From an uncultured Verrucomicrobiota bacterium (GTDB lineage Bacteria > Verrucomicrobiota > Verrucomicrobiia > Limisphaerales > UBA9464), in contig CAINWP010000235.1 in assembly GCA_903854475.1 (NCBI GenBank), positions 649 to 64,648 on the forward strand: a stretch of 64,000 bases of DNA. Direction: 5' to 3'. This document shows, piece after piece, positions 1 through 8,920 of the stretch. The notes beneath the pieces are model-generated. The model saw nothing but the letters and a program-made list of their open reading frames with translations. It ran no database searches and had not been told where the DNA came from. The position numbers were made by a program, and so were the translations under genes. Each line of letters starts with the position of its first letter. Position 1 is the stretch's first letter.

Positions 1-2082
1 CACCCGAACCTTCTGCCCCACCTTCACCACCTCGGACGGATCCTTCACGAAGCGGTCGGCCAATTGACTGACGTGAACTAGTCCATCTTGGTGCACACCG
101 ATATCCACAAACGCTCCGAAGGCCGTCACATTAGTCACGATACCCGGAAGCTTCATGCCTGGCTGAAGGTGTTCAATTTTTTCAACACCCTCCTGAAAGG
201 CGAACACCTCAAAGCCTTGGCGTGGATCGCGTCCAGGTCTGGCCAACTCCTCCAGAATATCCTTCAGCGTCGGTAGACCCACTTCGCTGGTGACGTACTT
301 TTCCGGACGGATCTTGCCTCGAAGCCCGCCATCACGCACCAGATCGCTCACAGCGCACCCGAGATCACTGGCCATAGCATCGACCAATTCGTAGCGCTCC
401 GGATGAACCGCGCTCGAATCCAGAGGATTCTCAGCCTCATGAATGCGAAGAAATCCGGCGCATTGCTCGAAGGCCTTCGGGCCCAGGCGGGATACCTTGA
501 GCAACTCTTTGCGGGAGCGAAACGGCCCATGCTCGTTGCGATGGCTCACAATATTGGCGGCCAGCGATGGACCCAGACCCGATACATAGCTGAGCAATTG
601 CTTGCTGGCGGTGTTCAGTTCGACACCGACTCGATTCACACACGACACGACCACGTCATCGAGACCGCGCTGGAGGGCATTGGGATCCACATCGTGCTGG
701 TACTGGCCGACACCGATGGACTTCGGATCGAGCTTCACCAATTCGGCCAGCGGATCCATCAGCCGACGACCAATGCTCACCGAGCCCCGGACAGTCAGGT
801 CCTGATCGGGGAATTCCTCACGGGCCACCTCGCTCGCCGAATAAATCGAGGCGCCGCTTTCGTTCACAAGCACCACAGGGATGTTCGCTGCCAGGTGCAG
901 CGATCGAATGAACTGCTCGGTCTCACGGCTGGCAGTACCGTTGCCGATGGCAATGGCCTCGATGCCAAACCGCGTCACGAACTCTCGAACCTTCTCTCCC
1001 GCCTGCGCTACTTGGTGTGCACCACCCGCGGTGGCGTAGATGACATCCTGATGCAGGAGCTTGCCCTGACGATCGAGGACCACCGTCTTGCAGCCCGTCC
1101 GGAATCCGGGGTCCAGGGCGAGTACGTTCTTCTGTCCGAGAGCCGGTGCCAGCAGCAGTTCTCGGAGGTTCTCGGAGAACACTCGGATGGCTTCTAAATC
1201 GGCCCGTTTCTTGGACTCGATGCGCACCTCGGCCTCGATGGCGAATCCCACCAAGCGCTTGAAGCTGTCCACGGCCGCCAGGCGTACCTGCTCGGCTCCG
1301 GGTGTGCCACGGGCCTTGACGAAGAGCCCCTCGAGGATGGCGATCGCCGACTCTTCTAGGGGCGTGATGCGAACCAGAAGCACCCCCTCTTCTTCACCCC
1401 GGCGCATGGCCAGCATCCGGTGACTGGGAATTTTGGAGACGGGCTCGGTCCAGTCGAAGTAGTCCTTAAATTTGGCCCCTTCGGTTTCCTTGCCCGTCAT
1501 CACCTTGGATCGCACCTGGGCCGATTCCCAGTAGAGCTCCCGCAGACGCGACCGGGTTGCGGCATCCTCGCTGAAACGCTCGGCCAGGATGTCCCGGGCA
1601 CCGGCCAAGGCCGCCGCCACGTCAGGTACTAATTTCTCAGCACTCACGAACGCCACCGCAACGGCCAGTGGATCGACCGTGGCCTGTTCGTTGAAGAGTT
1701 GATCTGCCAACGGTTCCAAGCCCGCTTCCTTGGCAATAGTCGCCCGGGTCCGGCGCTTCGGGCGGAACGGGGCGTACAAGTCTTCGAGGGCGGAGAGGGT
1801 ATCGGCCCCTTCCACGGAGGCTTTTAACGTCTCGGTGAGGAGTTGGCGCTCGACCAACGATTTCAAAATCGCTTCACGGCGCTGTTCCAATTCAGTGAGC
1901 TGGGCCAAACGGTCCCGAATGGATGTGATGGCCACCTCATCCAGGCTTCCAGTCACTTCCTTTCGATATCGGGCGATAAAGGGCACGGTCGCACTCTCAC
2001 CCAGCAGGCGAGCGGTGGCCGAAACCTTAGTGGCCGGCAAGTTCAACTCGGCAGCAATGCGGGTGATGAATTGATCAAGCAT
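1..2082 (-). CDS. tex: Tex-like transcription accessory protein with S1 domain; the 3' end runs off the window
   Basis: Manual minus-strand translation from the ATG at 2082 gives MLDQFITRIAAELNLPATKVSATARLLGESATVPFIARYRKEVTGSLDEVAITS. Near the window edge the in-frame S1 motif is QPGMKLPGIVTNVTAFGAFVDIGVHQDGLVHVSQLADRFVKDPSEVVKVGQKVRV. It is missing from the ORF track because no stop lies inside the window. The long + strand ORFs here (e.g. 403..1197) are antisense shadows. I checked only parts of the frame by hand. Confidence 0.85.
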   Translation of the reverse strand, partial: MLDQFITRIAAELNLPATKVSATARLLGESATVPFIARYRKEVTGSLDEVAITSIRDRLAQLTELEQRREAILKSLVERQLLTETLKASVEGADTLSALEDLYAPFRPKRRTRATIAKEAGLEPLADQLFNEQATVDPLAVAVAFVSAEKLVPDVAAALAGARDILAERFSEDAATRSRLRELYWESAQVRSKVMTGKETEGAKFKDYFDWTEPVSKIPSHRMLAMRRGEEEGVLLVRITPLEESAIAILEGLFVKARGTPGAEQVRLAAVDSFKRLVGFAIEAEVRIESKKRADLEAIRVFSENLRELLLAPALGQKNVLALDPGFRTGCKTVVLDRQGKLLHQDVIYATAGGAHQVAQAGEKVREFVTRFGIEAIAIGNGTASRETEQFIRSLHLAANIPVVLVNESGASIYSASEVAREEFPDQDLTVRGSVSIGRRLMDPLAELVKLDPKSIGVGQYQHDVDPNALQRGLDDVVVSCVNRVGVELNTASKQLLSYVSGLGPSLAANIVSHRNEHGPFRSRKELLKVSRLGPKAFEQCAGFLRIHEAENPLDSSAVHPERYELVDAMASDLGCAVSDLVRDGGLRGKIRPEKYVTSEVGLPTLKDILEELARPGRDPRQGFEVFAFQEGVEKIEHLQPGMKLPGIVTNVTAFGAFVDIGVHQDGLVHVSQLADRFVKDPSEVVKVGQKVRV

Positions 2083-2189
2083 GACGTCAGCGGGGGGCGC
2101 TGTTTAGAGCCTCCCCCCATTTCAGGAAAGCTCCGTGTTCTCCCAATTTCGTTATTCCTTCATTTTCCGTTGTTGGTCTCCTCGTCGGC

Positions 2190-3293
2190 ATGACTCGTCT
2201 GCGGAAACCCTTGGGGCGATGTGCGAAGTTCTCAGCCATCCTTGTTCTGGCTTTGCTGGGAGCACTGCCGGTGCCTGCCCTCGAACGGGAGCGACTCTTC
2301 GGACCCGAGATCAAGACTGGCGATTATAAACATCCGGCCAACTTCACCGAGTTGCACAACGGCGACCTCTTCGTGGTGTTTTTCAGCGGACGGGGCGAGT
2401 ACAAGGACAACCAGGCGGCTGTCTTCGGTTCGCGCCTGAAAGCAGGCACGCGGCGGTGGTCGAAACCGGTGTCCATCGCCAGTAACCCGTTCCACGCGCT
2501 GGGTAATGCGGTGATCTGGGAGGCTCCCGACCATGTGGTTTGGCTCTTTTACGTCACCCGCTACGGCGAGCTTTGGAGCGACTCGCGCATCACCGCCAAG
2601 GTCTCGCGCGATGAGGCCAAGACCTGGTCCGAACCCTTCCAGGTGACCTTCGAGGCGGGCACCATGGTTCGCAACCGCCCCGTCTTGCTCACGGGCGGCC
2701 ACTGGCTGCTGCCGGTGTATCACGAGATCGGCACCGACCCGGAGCTGGATGACCCTCGCAACCGTTCCTTCTTCCTCCGATACGACCCAACCAAGAAGGC
2801 ATGGACCGAAAGCAACCGCATTGGATCACGACTGGGCAATATTCAGCCCGCACCGGCGGTCATCGACGGCGATCATTTGGTGGCGTTTTGCCGCCGCGGT
2901 GGGAATTACGACGGACGGCCCGATGGATGGATGGTTCGCACCGAGTCGAGGGACGGCGGACGCACCTGGAGCGAGGGCATCGACAGCGCGCTACCCAATC
3001 CCAATGCCGCCGTGGATTTCATGAGGTTAAACTCGGGGCTCCACCTGCTGGTCTATAACCACAGCTTCACCAACCGGACCCCTCTGACAGCTGCCTTGTC
3101 AGTGGATGGTGCGAAGACTTTTTCCCGACGCCTCGACTTGGAAACCGATCCGAAGGGCGACTTCGGCTATCCCACCGCCTTTCAGACGCGGGATGGAAAA
3201 ATTCATGTCCTTTATACCAGCGACGAGCGGACGGTGGTGCGCCGGATCGTGTTGACGGAGGCCGATTTGAATTCGGGAAAATCGACACGCTAA
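2190..3293 (+). CDS. BNR/Asp-box repeat sialidase-like glycosyl hydrolase, secreted
   Basis: 367-aa ORF starting at an ATG, with an N-terminal signal-like segment (AILVLALLGALPVPA). Three Asp-box motifs are present: SRDEAKTWSEP, SRDGGRTWSEG and SVDGAKTFS. Confidence 0.7.
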   Translation: MTRLRKPLGRCAKFSAILVLALLGALPVPALERERLFGPEIKTGDYKHPANFTELHNGDLFVVFFSGRGEYKDNQAAVFGSRLKAGTRRWSKPVSIASNPFHALGNAVIWEAPDHVVWLFYVTRYGELWSDSRITAKVSRDEAKTWSEPFQVTFEAGTMVRNRPVLLTGGHWLLPVYHEIGTDPELDDPRNRSFFLRYDPTKKAWTESNRIGSRLGNIQPAPAVIDGDHLVAFCRRGGNYDGRPDGWMVRTESRDGGRTWSEGIDSALPNPNAAVDFMRLNSGLHLLVYNHSFTNRTPLTAALSVDGAKTFSRRLDLETDPKGDFGYPTAFQTRDGKIHVLYTSDERTVVRRIVLTEADLNSGKSTR

Positions 3294-3300
3294 AGGAGGC

Positions 3301-3354
3301 AAGCGCTTTGGACAACACGCCGTGCCCAATGGTTTTAAACAGTCCAAAGCGCTT
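3301..3354. terminator. 13-bp-stem hairpin between convergent genes; candidate bidirectional terminator
   Basis: AAGCGCTTTGGAC (3301-3313) is the perfect reverse complement of GTCCAAAGCGCTT (3342-3354), with a 28-nt loop. It sits between the stop of the BNR gene (3293) and the stop of the minus-strand gene (3364). There is no strong U-tract. Confidence 0.5.
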
Positions 3355-3363
3355 CAAAATCGT

Positions 3364-4227
3364 TCACGGCAATGGAACAGGCTCCCCGGTCTCCTGTGAT
3401 TGAAACGATGAGAGCGACGAGAGCGCAATGATTCCGGCATGAGCCAACTCCGGCAGTTCCGCAGTGCGTACCAACCGAGCCAGGGCTTCCGAGGCCTCCG
3501 GGTTTCGGATGCGCTCGATGGCCCAGCCCAGCACGGCGCGGGTCGACGGCGGCGTGGACGCCTCGTCGTGAAGCCGGACCAATTGCTCGACCGTGGATGA
3601 ACGGGCCCCGCGGGCGAGGGTCTCCACCACGGCCTCGATGAGGTCGACGTCTTGGGTTTGCACTAAGCTCATCGCAAGTGCCGCCATGTCGTCTTCGGTG
3701 GAGAACACTTTGAAGGCCTCTCGGACGGCCTCGGCTTCTTCAGGAGACTTCCGGTTGAGACTGGCTCGAGTCACGGCTTGGATGAGGGCGTCAACGGCAG
3801 CCGTTCCGCCCGAAGCGGCGATGCGGTCGGCCCACTGGCCTTGTTCCTCGGGCGTAGAAGCCGCTTCGAGGCCCTGAACCAGAGATGGCAAATCCTGCAG
3901 TGCCAAATCCTGTAATGGCAGATCCTGGGATTCCGGAGCCATCACTGACCCGGCGGGCGGAGACCCGTAAGTCGAAACGGGCCTCCGGCGGAAGATGTGG
4001 CTCCGGCCTCGCGGATCAGACCCCTCGGTTGAAGGACCCGATGCGGTGGCCGAATCGGAGGGATCGATGGCGATGGCACCCTCCGAACTCACATCATCGA
4101 CTAAATTCGCCCCATCCTTTTGATTTGACTGATCGGACCCAGCCAGGGGACCCCAACTATAGCGCAACCCGAGGTTCAGTCCCACGATGAGACCTAGCAG
4201 AATAAGAATAGTTTTGGTGGAGCTCAT
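3364..4227 (-). CDS. Membrane-anchored hypothetical protein with HEAT-like repeats
   Basis: 287-aa ORF starting at an ATG. It has an N-terminal TM helix (TILILLGLIVGLNLGL), a Ser/Pro/Asp-rich linker, then helical repeats resembling HEAT/PBS-lyase repeats (AAVDALIQAV, LIEAVVETLARG, NPEASEALARLV). It lies 37 nt downstream of the protease gene on the same strand. Confidence 0.55.
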   Translation of the reverse strand: MSSTKTILILLGLIVGLNLGLRYSWGPLAGSDQSNQKDGANLVDDVSSEGAIAIDPSDSATASGPSTEGSDPRGRSHIFRRRPVSTYGSPPAGSVMAPESQDLPLQDLALQDLPSLVQGLEAASTPEEQGQWADRIAASGGTAAVDALIQAVTRASLNRKSPEEAEAVREAFKVFSTEDDMAALAMSLVQTQDVDLIEAVVETLARGARSSTVEQLVRLHDEASTPPSTRAVLGWAIERIRNPEASEALARLVRTAELPELAHAGIIALSSLSSFQSQETGEPVPLP

Positions 4228-4264
4228 GGCGTTGGTGGCTCAGCGGTCGGCGTGACACTCAGAA

Positions 4265-6199
4265 TTACTGGGTGATCTGGAGTCCATAGGCGCCCGTCTC
4301 GGTGCCGGAGGAGCCTCGAACAACGATGTAGTAAGTCCCCGCCGACAATTTGCGGCGGATGCGGAAGTTGGAGCCGACACCCAGGTCATCGTCTTCGGCC
4401 ACCGTCTGGCCAACGGCATCCCACAAGGTTCCCCGGGTATTCAGCGATCCCGTGCTGGTCAGCGATACGGTGGCGGCCTGGGATAAAACGAATCGGAAGA
4501 CGTCTTGATCCTGAGCGACGTCGAGTCGGGCCAGGGTGGTCGACGGTACCGCCACCCGCGTGGCCGTCGCAGGGGTGTTCCCCACATCATCGGTGGGAGA
4601 GGTGCCGAGGCCGACGATAACGAAATCATACGGAGACTCGTCGGCATCGTTGTTGGAGAGGCTGACCGAGGCCTGGTGACGCCCTACTGTCGTCGGATCG
4701 TAAGTGATCTGAAAAGTGCCCGAACGACCTACGGCCACCGTGGAGGGCACCTGGGTGGTGACCCGGAACTGAGCCGCGCCCGAACCGCTGAGCCGTACAG
4801 TCCCCAGGGTGAGTGTCGCCTTGCCGGTGTTGCGAACGGAGAAGGAGGTTGAGCGGGAGCCGTTACTTAGATCGACCTCCCCGAAGTCCGTGCCATCGGT
4901 GGTTTTGGCTATCAAGGCCCCGTCGCTGATGGGTGTTGAATCCAAACCCATCAACCCGATTTCTGGAGCTCCCGTCAGCACCGGTGCCGCCGTCCACTTA
5001 GCCAGGACCGTGTAAGCACCCTTGGAGGAACCGGTGCCCGTCACCTTCAGGTAGTAAGTGCCCGCGGCCACATTCGTCACGATGAGGAAGTTCGAAGCCC
5101 CGCCGCCATTGTTGTCTTGGGCGAGGGATTTTCCTGAAGCGTTGATCAAGGTGCCCTGGACATCGTTGGTCCCGGAACTGACAAGGTTGAGAATCCCGGA
5201 TCCGCTGGCTTCGAGGCGAAACCAGTCTTGATCGGTGGTGGTTTCCAAAACGCCGCGCGTGGGTGCATTCCACGCCACCGCAGTGGCCGTGGCGGCGGTG
5301 TTGCCATGATCATCGGTGGCCACCGAGACCGAGGTCCCGATTTGCTGCACGATCCACGACCGGTAGTTGATCGTGTTACCGTAAATGCCTGGGGTGCCAT
5401 CGCGACCGCAACCGTCCCCGAAACTCACCGTGCCGGCGTGGCGCCAACCACCCCGACCATCGGAGACCACCAGTGGCCCGCCGCTGTCGCCCTGGCAGGT
5501 GTCCCGGCCGCCTCCGGGAACACCCGCCGCGAGGTGGGCTTCCGACAACCCGGGATAAACCTGAGAAGCGTCGACCAGGCTAACGAGGTTCATGTCGACC
5601 TCCAACAAGATCGCCGACTGCCGGCCGGCCTCCGAGGTGGTGCCCCACCCCATGCCCTTCACCAGGGTTCCGGGAGCAACCTGGCTGACGGCGTCCACCA
5701 GCGGCAGAACCGGCACTCCGGTGAGCGGTTGGGAGAGTTTGAGCAAGGCAAAGTCGTTGACCAAAGCACCCTTCACCGTGGTGAAGCGGGGGTGGATGAT
5801 GATCTGGGAAACCGAGACCCGGGTGCCATCGCTGGACGAACGCAAGTCGTAGCCGCCCACCAGCACATCGAGCGAAGAGGCCGACATATCTTCGACGCAA
5901 TGTGCCGCCGACAACACCCACTGGGGATGGATAAGCGCACCACCGCAAAATTGCCCTTTGACCGGGGTCTGCCCTCGCAGGACCAAGGCGGTCATCCAGG
6001 GATACGCGTCTTTGGGTGCCTGGTGGCCACCGACAATTTTTGGTAGCGGCGAGGTCGTTGAAGAAGCAGCCATGAGTCGGCCACCGACCGGAGTTGCGTG
6101 GCCCGCCATTAAGGCCAACCCGAGGATAGTTAGGCGAAGGTTAAGGCGGAGGCGAGGTGTGGAAGTGAGGAGTCTTTGAACGAGACCTTGGAGTTTCAT
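4265..6199 (-). CDS. Secreted trypsin-like (S1) serine protease with a beta-sandwich domain and two PPC-type C-terminal domains
   Basis: Signal-like N-terminus, then IVGGHQAPKDAYPWMTAL. The catalytic triad motifs are SAAHCV (His), NDFALLKL (Asp) and CQGDSGGPLV (Ser). Two pre-peptidase C-terminal-like modules are present (DQDWFRL...GTYYLKVTG and DQDVFRF...GTYYIVVRG). Between them is a choice-of-anchor-D/ASH-like segment (FGEVDLSNGSRSTSFSVRNTGKATLTLG). Confidence 0.85.
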   Translation of the reverse strand: MKLQGLVQRLLTSTPRLRLNLRLTILGLALMAGHATPVGGRLMAASSTTSPLPKIVGGHQAPKDAYPWMTALVLRGQTPVKGQFCGGALIHPQWVLSAAHCVEDMSASSLDVLVGGYDLRSSSDGTRVSVSQIIIHPRFTTVKGALVNDFALLKLSQPLTGVPVLPLVDAVSQVAPGTLVKGMGWGTTSEAGRQSAILLEVDMNLVSLVDASQVYPGLSEAHLAAGVPGGGRDTCQGDSGGPLVVSDGRGGWRHAGTVSFGDGCGRDGTPGIYGNTINYRSWIVQQIGTSVSVATDDHGNTAATATAVAWNAPTRGVLETTTDQDWFRLEASGSGILNLVSSGTNDVQGTLINASGKSLAQDNNGGGASNFLIVTNVAAGTYYLKVTGTGSSKGAYTVLAKWTAAPVLTGAPEIGLMGLDSTPISDGALIAKTTDGTDFGEVDLSNGSRSTSFSVRNTGKATLTLGTVRLSGSGAAQFRVTTQVPSTVAVGRSGTFQITYDPTTVGRHQASVSLSNNDADESPYDFVIVGLGTSPTDDVGNTPATATRVAVPSTTLARLDVAQDQDVFRFVLSQAATVSLTSTGSLNTRGTLWDAVGQTVAEDDDLGVGSNFRIRRKLSAGTYYIVVRGSSGTETGAYGLQITQ

Positions 6200-6297
6200 A
6201 ACGCTCCCAGCATTGGGCTCCGTTGTTACCGCCTGATGACGTCCGAAGCGTTTTATCGGACCGGGTCTTAATCTTCGACGTGTTAGCGTTCGACGTG

Positions 6298-6978
6298 TCA
6301 GCCTTCGAAACGATATCCCACCTGAGGCACGGTCTGAATGAGGCTCGGACGATTGGGATTCTCTTCAATTTTGGAACGCAACGTGGTGACGGCACGATCG
6401 ACGCTGCGGTCGGTGACGGCGGCAGAGTCTCCCCAAACGGCATCGAGAATTTGCTCACGCGTGAGCGCCCGGCCGGACTTGCGGGTGAAGAATTCCAGCA
6501 GTCCGTATTCCTTCGGGGTCAATTCGATCTCCGCACCTTTCCGACTCACCCGCCGCGCTCCACGGTCTACCTCCAGCGAGCCGATGTGCACCACATCGGG
6601 AGTGACCCGGCGGTGACGGCGCAACAGTGCGGCGATCCGCGCCATCAATTCACCGATCCCGAAGGGCTTGGTGACGTAGTCGTCGGCCCCGAGATTCAGG
6701 CCCCGGACCACTTGGGCTTCTTCGCCCAAAGCCGTCAGCATGACCACGGGTATCTCAAGACCATCGGCACGGATCCGGCGACACACCTCGTGACCCGACA
6801 AGCCGGGCAGCATGAGATCCAGCAGCACCAGGTCGGGCCGCAGGGTCCGCGCCAATTCCAACCCTTGATGGCCATCACTCGCCGAGCGCACCTCGTAGCC
6901 GGCGCGTTGAAGATTGTCGCGCAGGCCAAAGAGGATGGCGGCGTCATCCTCGATCACCAAAATGAGTTCAGGTTTCAT
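6298..6978 (-). CDS. OmpR/PhoB-family response regulator
   Basis: The ATG at 6978 gives MKPELILVIEDDAAILFGLRDNLQRAGYEV. There is a receiver domain (DLVLLDLMLPGLSG) and a winged-helix C-terminus (LTPKEYGLLEFF...VGYRF). The start overlaps the kinase stop by 11 nt (6968-6978). Confidence 0.9.
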   Translation of the reverse strand: MKPELILVIEDDAAILFGLRDNLQRAGYEVRSASDGHQGLELARTLRPDLVLLDLMLPGLSGHEVCRRIRADGLEIPVVMLTALGEEAQVVRGLNLGADDYVTKPFGIGELMARIAALLRRHRRVTPDVVHIGSLEVDRGARRVSRKGAEIELTPKEYGLLEFFTRKSGRALTREQILDAVWGDSAAVTDRSVDRAVTTLRSKIEENPNRPSLIQTVPQVGYRFEG

Positions 6979-8893
6979 AGGCACGCTCGGAGTCATCGGA
7001 GACGATCGGAACATGGATGGCGAAGCGACTGCCCTCGCCCGGGGTCGTCTCCACCTCCACCCGACCTCCATGGGCGTCGACGATGGACTTCACGATATGG
7101 AGACCTAGACCCGCGCCGGTGACCGAATTCCCGCTTCTTTCAACGCGGTAGAATTTATCAAAGATGCGGGACCGCTGCCGAGGGTCGAAACCTCGGCCAT
7201 TGTCGATGACCGCAAAGCAAATGGTGGAGCCAGACTGGGTGACGGTGAGCAAGATGCGCTTATCGGCACCGGTGTATTTGAAGGCGTTCTCGAGCAAGTT
7301 CAACAGCGCGGTGGTGAGCGACGGAACATCGGCCTGAATCATGGGTAGCTCACGAGCGATTTCGGTGCGGAAGTCGCAGCCCGGAGCCGCAAATCGTGGC
7401 TCGACGCTGCGCACCGCGGCCTCGACCACGGTTTCCGGAGCCGTGGGCTGGAAGTCGTAGTTCATGCCGCCGCGTTCCAGTCGGGCGAAGGTGAGGTAAT
7501 CGTCGACCAAGCGACCCAGTCGGAGCGTCTCACGAGAGACGACTTCCAAATAGGCTCGGGTTCGATCGGGTTGCGGATTGGGGTCGGACACGAGCGTATC
7601 GATGAGCATCCGAATCGAAGTCATAGGAGTACGCAGTTCGTGGGAGATGGTGGTCAGGAAGTCATGGCGCACCTCAGTCAGGCGGACACGCTGCAAGAAA
7701 CGTCGCACCGCCAAGACGCTCAGGACCGCTCCGAGGATTACCGCGCTGGCCGCCGAGGCAATTTGGAGGGCGGCTTGCCTACGGGCCGATCCGGCCAGCT
7801 CGGCCGTCGCCACCGAGGTGTCGAGCCGCAATGCCCAACCCGGTAGCGCCGAACCAATGGACGCCTGCAAAGCCCCCACTCCCGAAACCGGATCGCGCTG
7901 GGATACCAATTTCGCTCGGTATCCTTGCGGCACCAGCGAACGATTGACCTGAGCCTCCAATTCTCGGTGGAGGCGCTCCAGTTGGTACAACCAGATCACG
8001 CCTCCACCGGGTGCGGGCAAGAGCCAGACCTTTTGACCAGGACCCTCGCCAGAAAGATGCACCGTCTTCACGGTGGGTTGTTCTCGGTCAGGCTTGCCTG
8101 CCAATTCCTGAACAACCGCCAACCCGAGCACCTCGGCCGATTCGGCAGGCAAAGTGGCACGGGCCCCGAGTCGCTGGAGTTCGCGCCACAAGAACAATCG
8201 CTGACTGGCCGGCATGAGCGGGGCCGTATGCCGGGACACTCGACGTGCCAGCGACTCGAGGGTGGACTCGAACCGTGGATCGTCTCGGGACAGTTGCTGG
8301 AGCGCGGCTAACTCAATGGAGGGGAGGTACAAACGACCGGAGGGGGATCGGCTTCCTTCGAGCCCTTGCTCCACCCACTGGGCCGCCAATCCCAAATAGG
8401 CATCGCCCATCGACTGCGTCAGAAGGCGTTGATGGAATGCACCCATCAGGGTCTCTCCCCGAACGTCGACCTCCGGCGGATTGATCACACCGATGGCCAG
8501 CGCGGGATATAATGGCGTCCCATCAGCAGCCAAGACCAACAAACCGTCTGGAGTCCCCTCGTGGGGTACCCCTTCTCCAGCATCACCAAGGAGATCCCGA
8601 AACAGCACTCCCGCCTCTGAAACCCGGGATGGAGTCCGGTGGCCGGCACGGGACCCGCGTGCCTTCAATGCGACGTCGAGCGTCCGAATGGCTTCCTCGA
8701 GCCGGAACCGGTGTAAGGTTTGCAGTTCTTGAGTCCAATCCCGGCGATCGCGATCGAGGGTGCGGACCGTGGTCCAGACCCAAGCCACCGCCGGAAGAGC
8801 GACAGCCAATCCGATGCCCAGCAACGAGACGAACAGTTCGCCCCGCGGCTTGAGGCGGAGACCCAAAGAGGATGGAAACAATCGCGACAACAC
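6968..8893 (-). CDS. Sensor histidine kinase (HisKA + HATPase_c) with a large periplasmic-type sensor region
   Basis: GTG start. There are two TM segments. The H-box is RHDFLTTISHELRTPMTSI, the N-box is LLNLLENAFKYT, and the G-boxes are IDNGRGF and GAGLGLHIVKSIV. Confidence 0.9.
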   Translation of the reverse strand: MLSRLFPSSLGLRLKPRGELFVSLLGIGLAVALPAVAWVWTTVRTLDRDRRDWTQELQTLHRFRLEEAIRTLDVALKARGSRAGHRTPSRVSEAGVLFRDLLGDAGEGVPHEGTPDGLLVLAADGTPLYPALAIGVINPPEVDVRGETLMGAFHQRLLTQSMGDAYLGLAAQWVEQGLEGSRSPSGRLYLPSIELAALQQLSRDDPRFESTLESLARRVSRHTAPLMPASQRLFLWRELQRLGARATLPAESAEVLGLAVVQELAGKPDREQPTVKTVHLSGEGPGQKVWLLPAPGGGVIWLYQLERLHRELEAQVNRSLVPQGYRAKLVSQRDPVSGVGALQASIGSALPGWALRLDTSVATAELAGSARRQAALQIASAASAVILGAVLSVLAVRRFLQRVRLTEVRHDFLTTISHELRTPMTSIRMLIDTLVSDPNPQPDRTRAYLEVVSRETLRLGRLVDDYLTFARLERGGMNYDFQPTAPETVVEAAVRSVEPRFAAPGCDFRTEIARELPMIQADVPSLTTALLNLLENAFKYTGADKRILLTVTQSGSTICFAVIDNGRGFDPRQRSRIFDKFYRVERSGNSVTGAGLGLHIVKSIVDAHGGRVEVETTPGEGSRFAIHVPIVSDDSERAYET

Positions 8894-8920
8894 GAGGTCA
8901 GGATTCCAGCGGAAGGGTGT

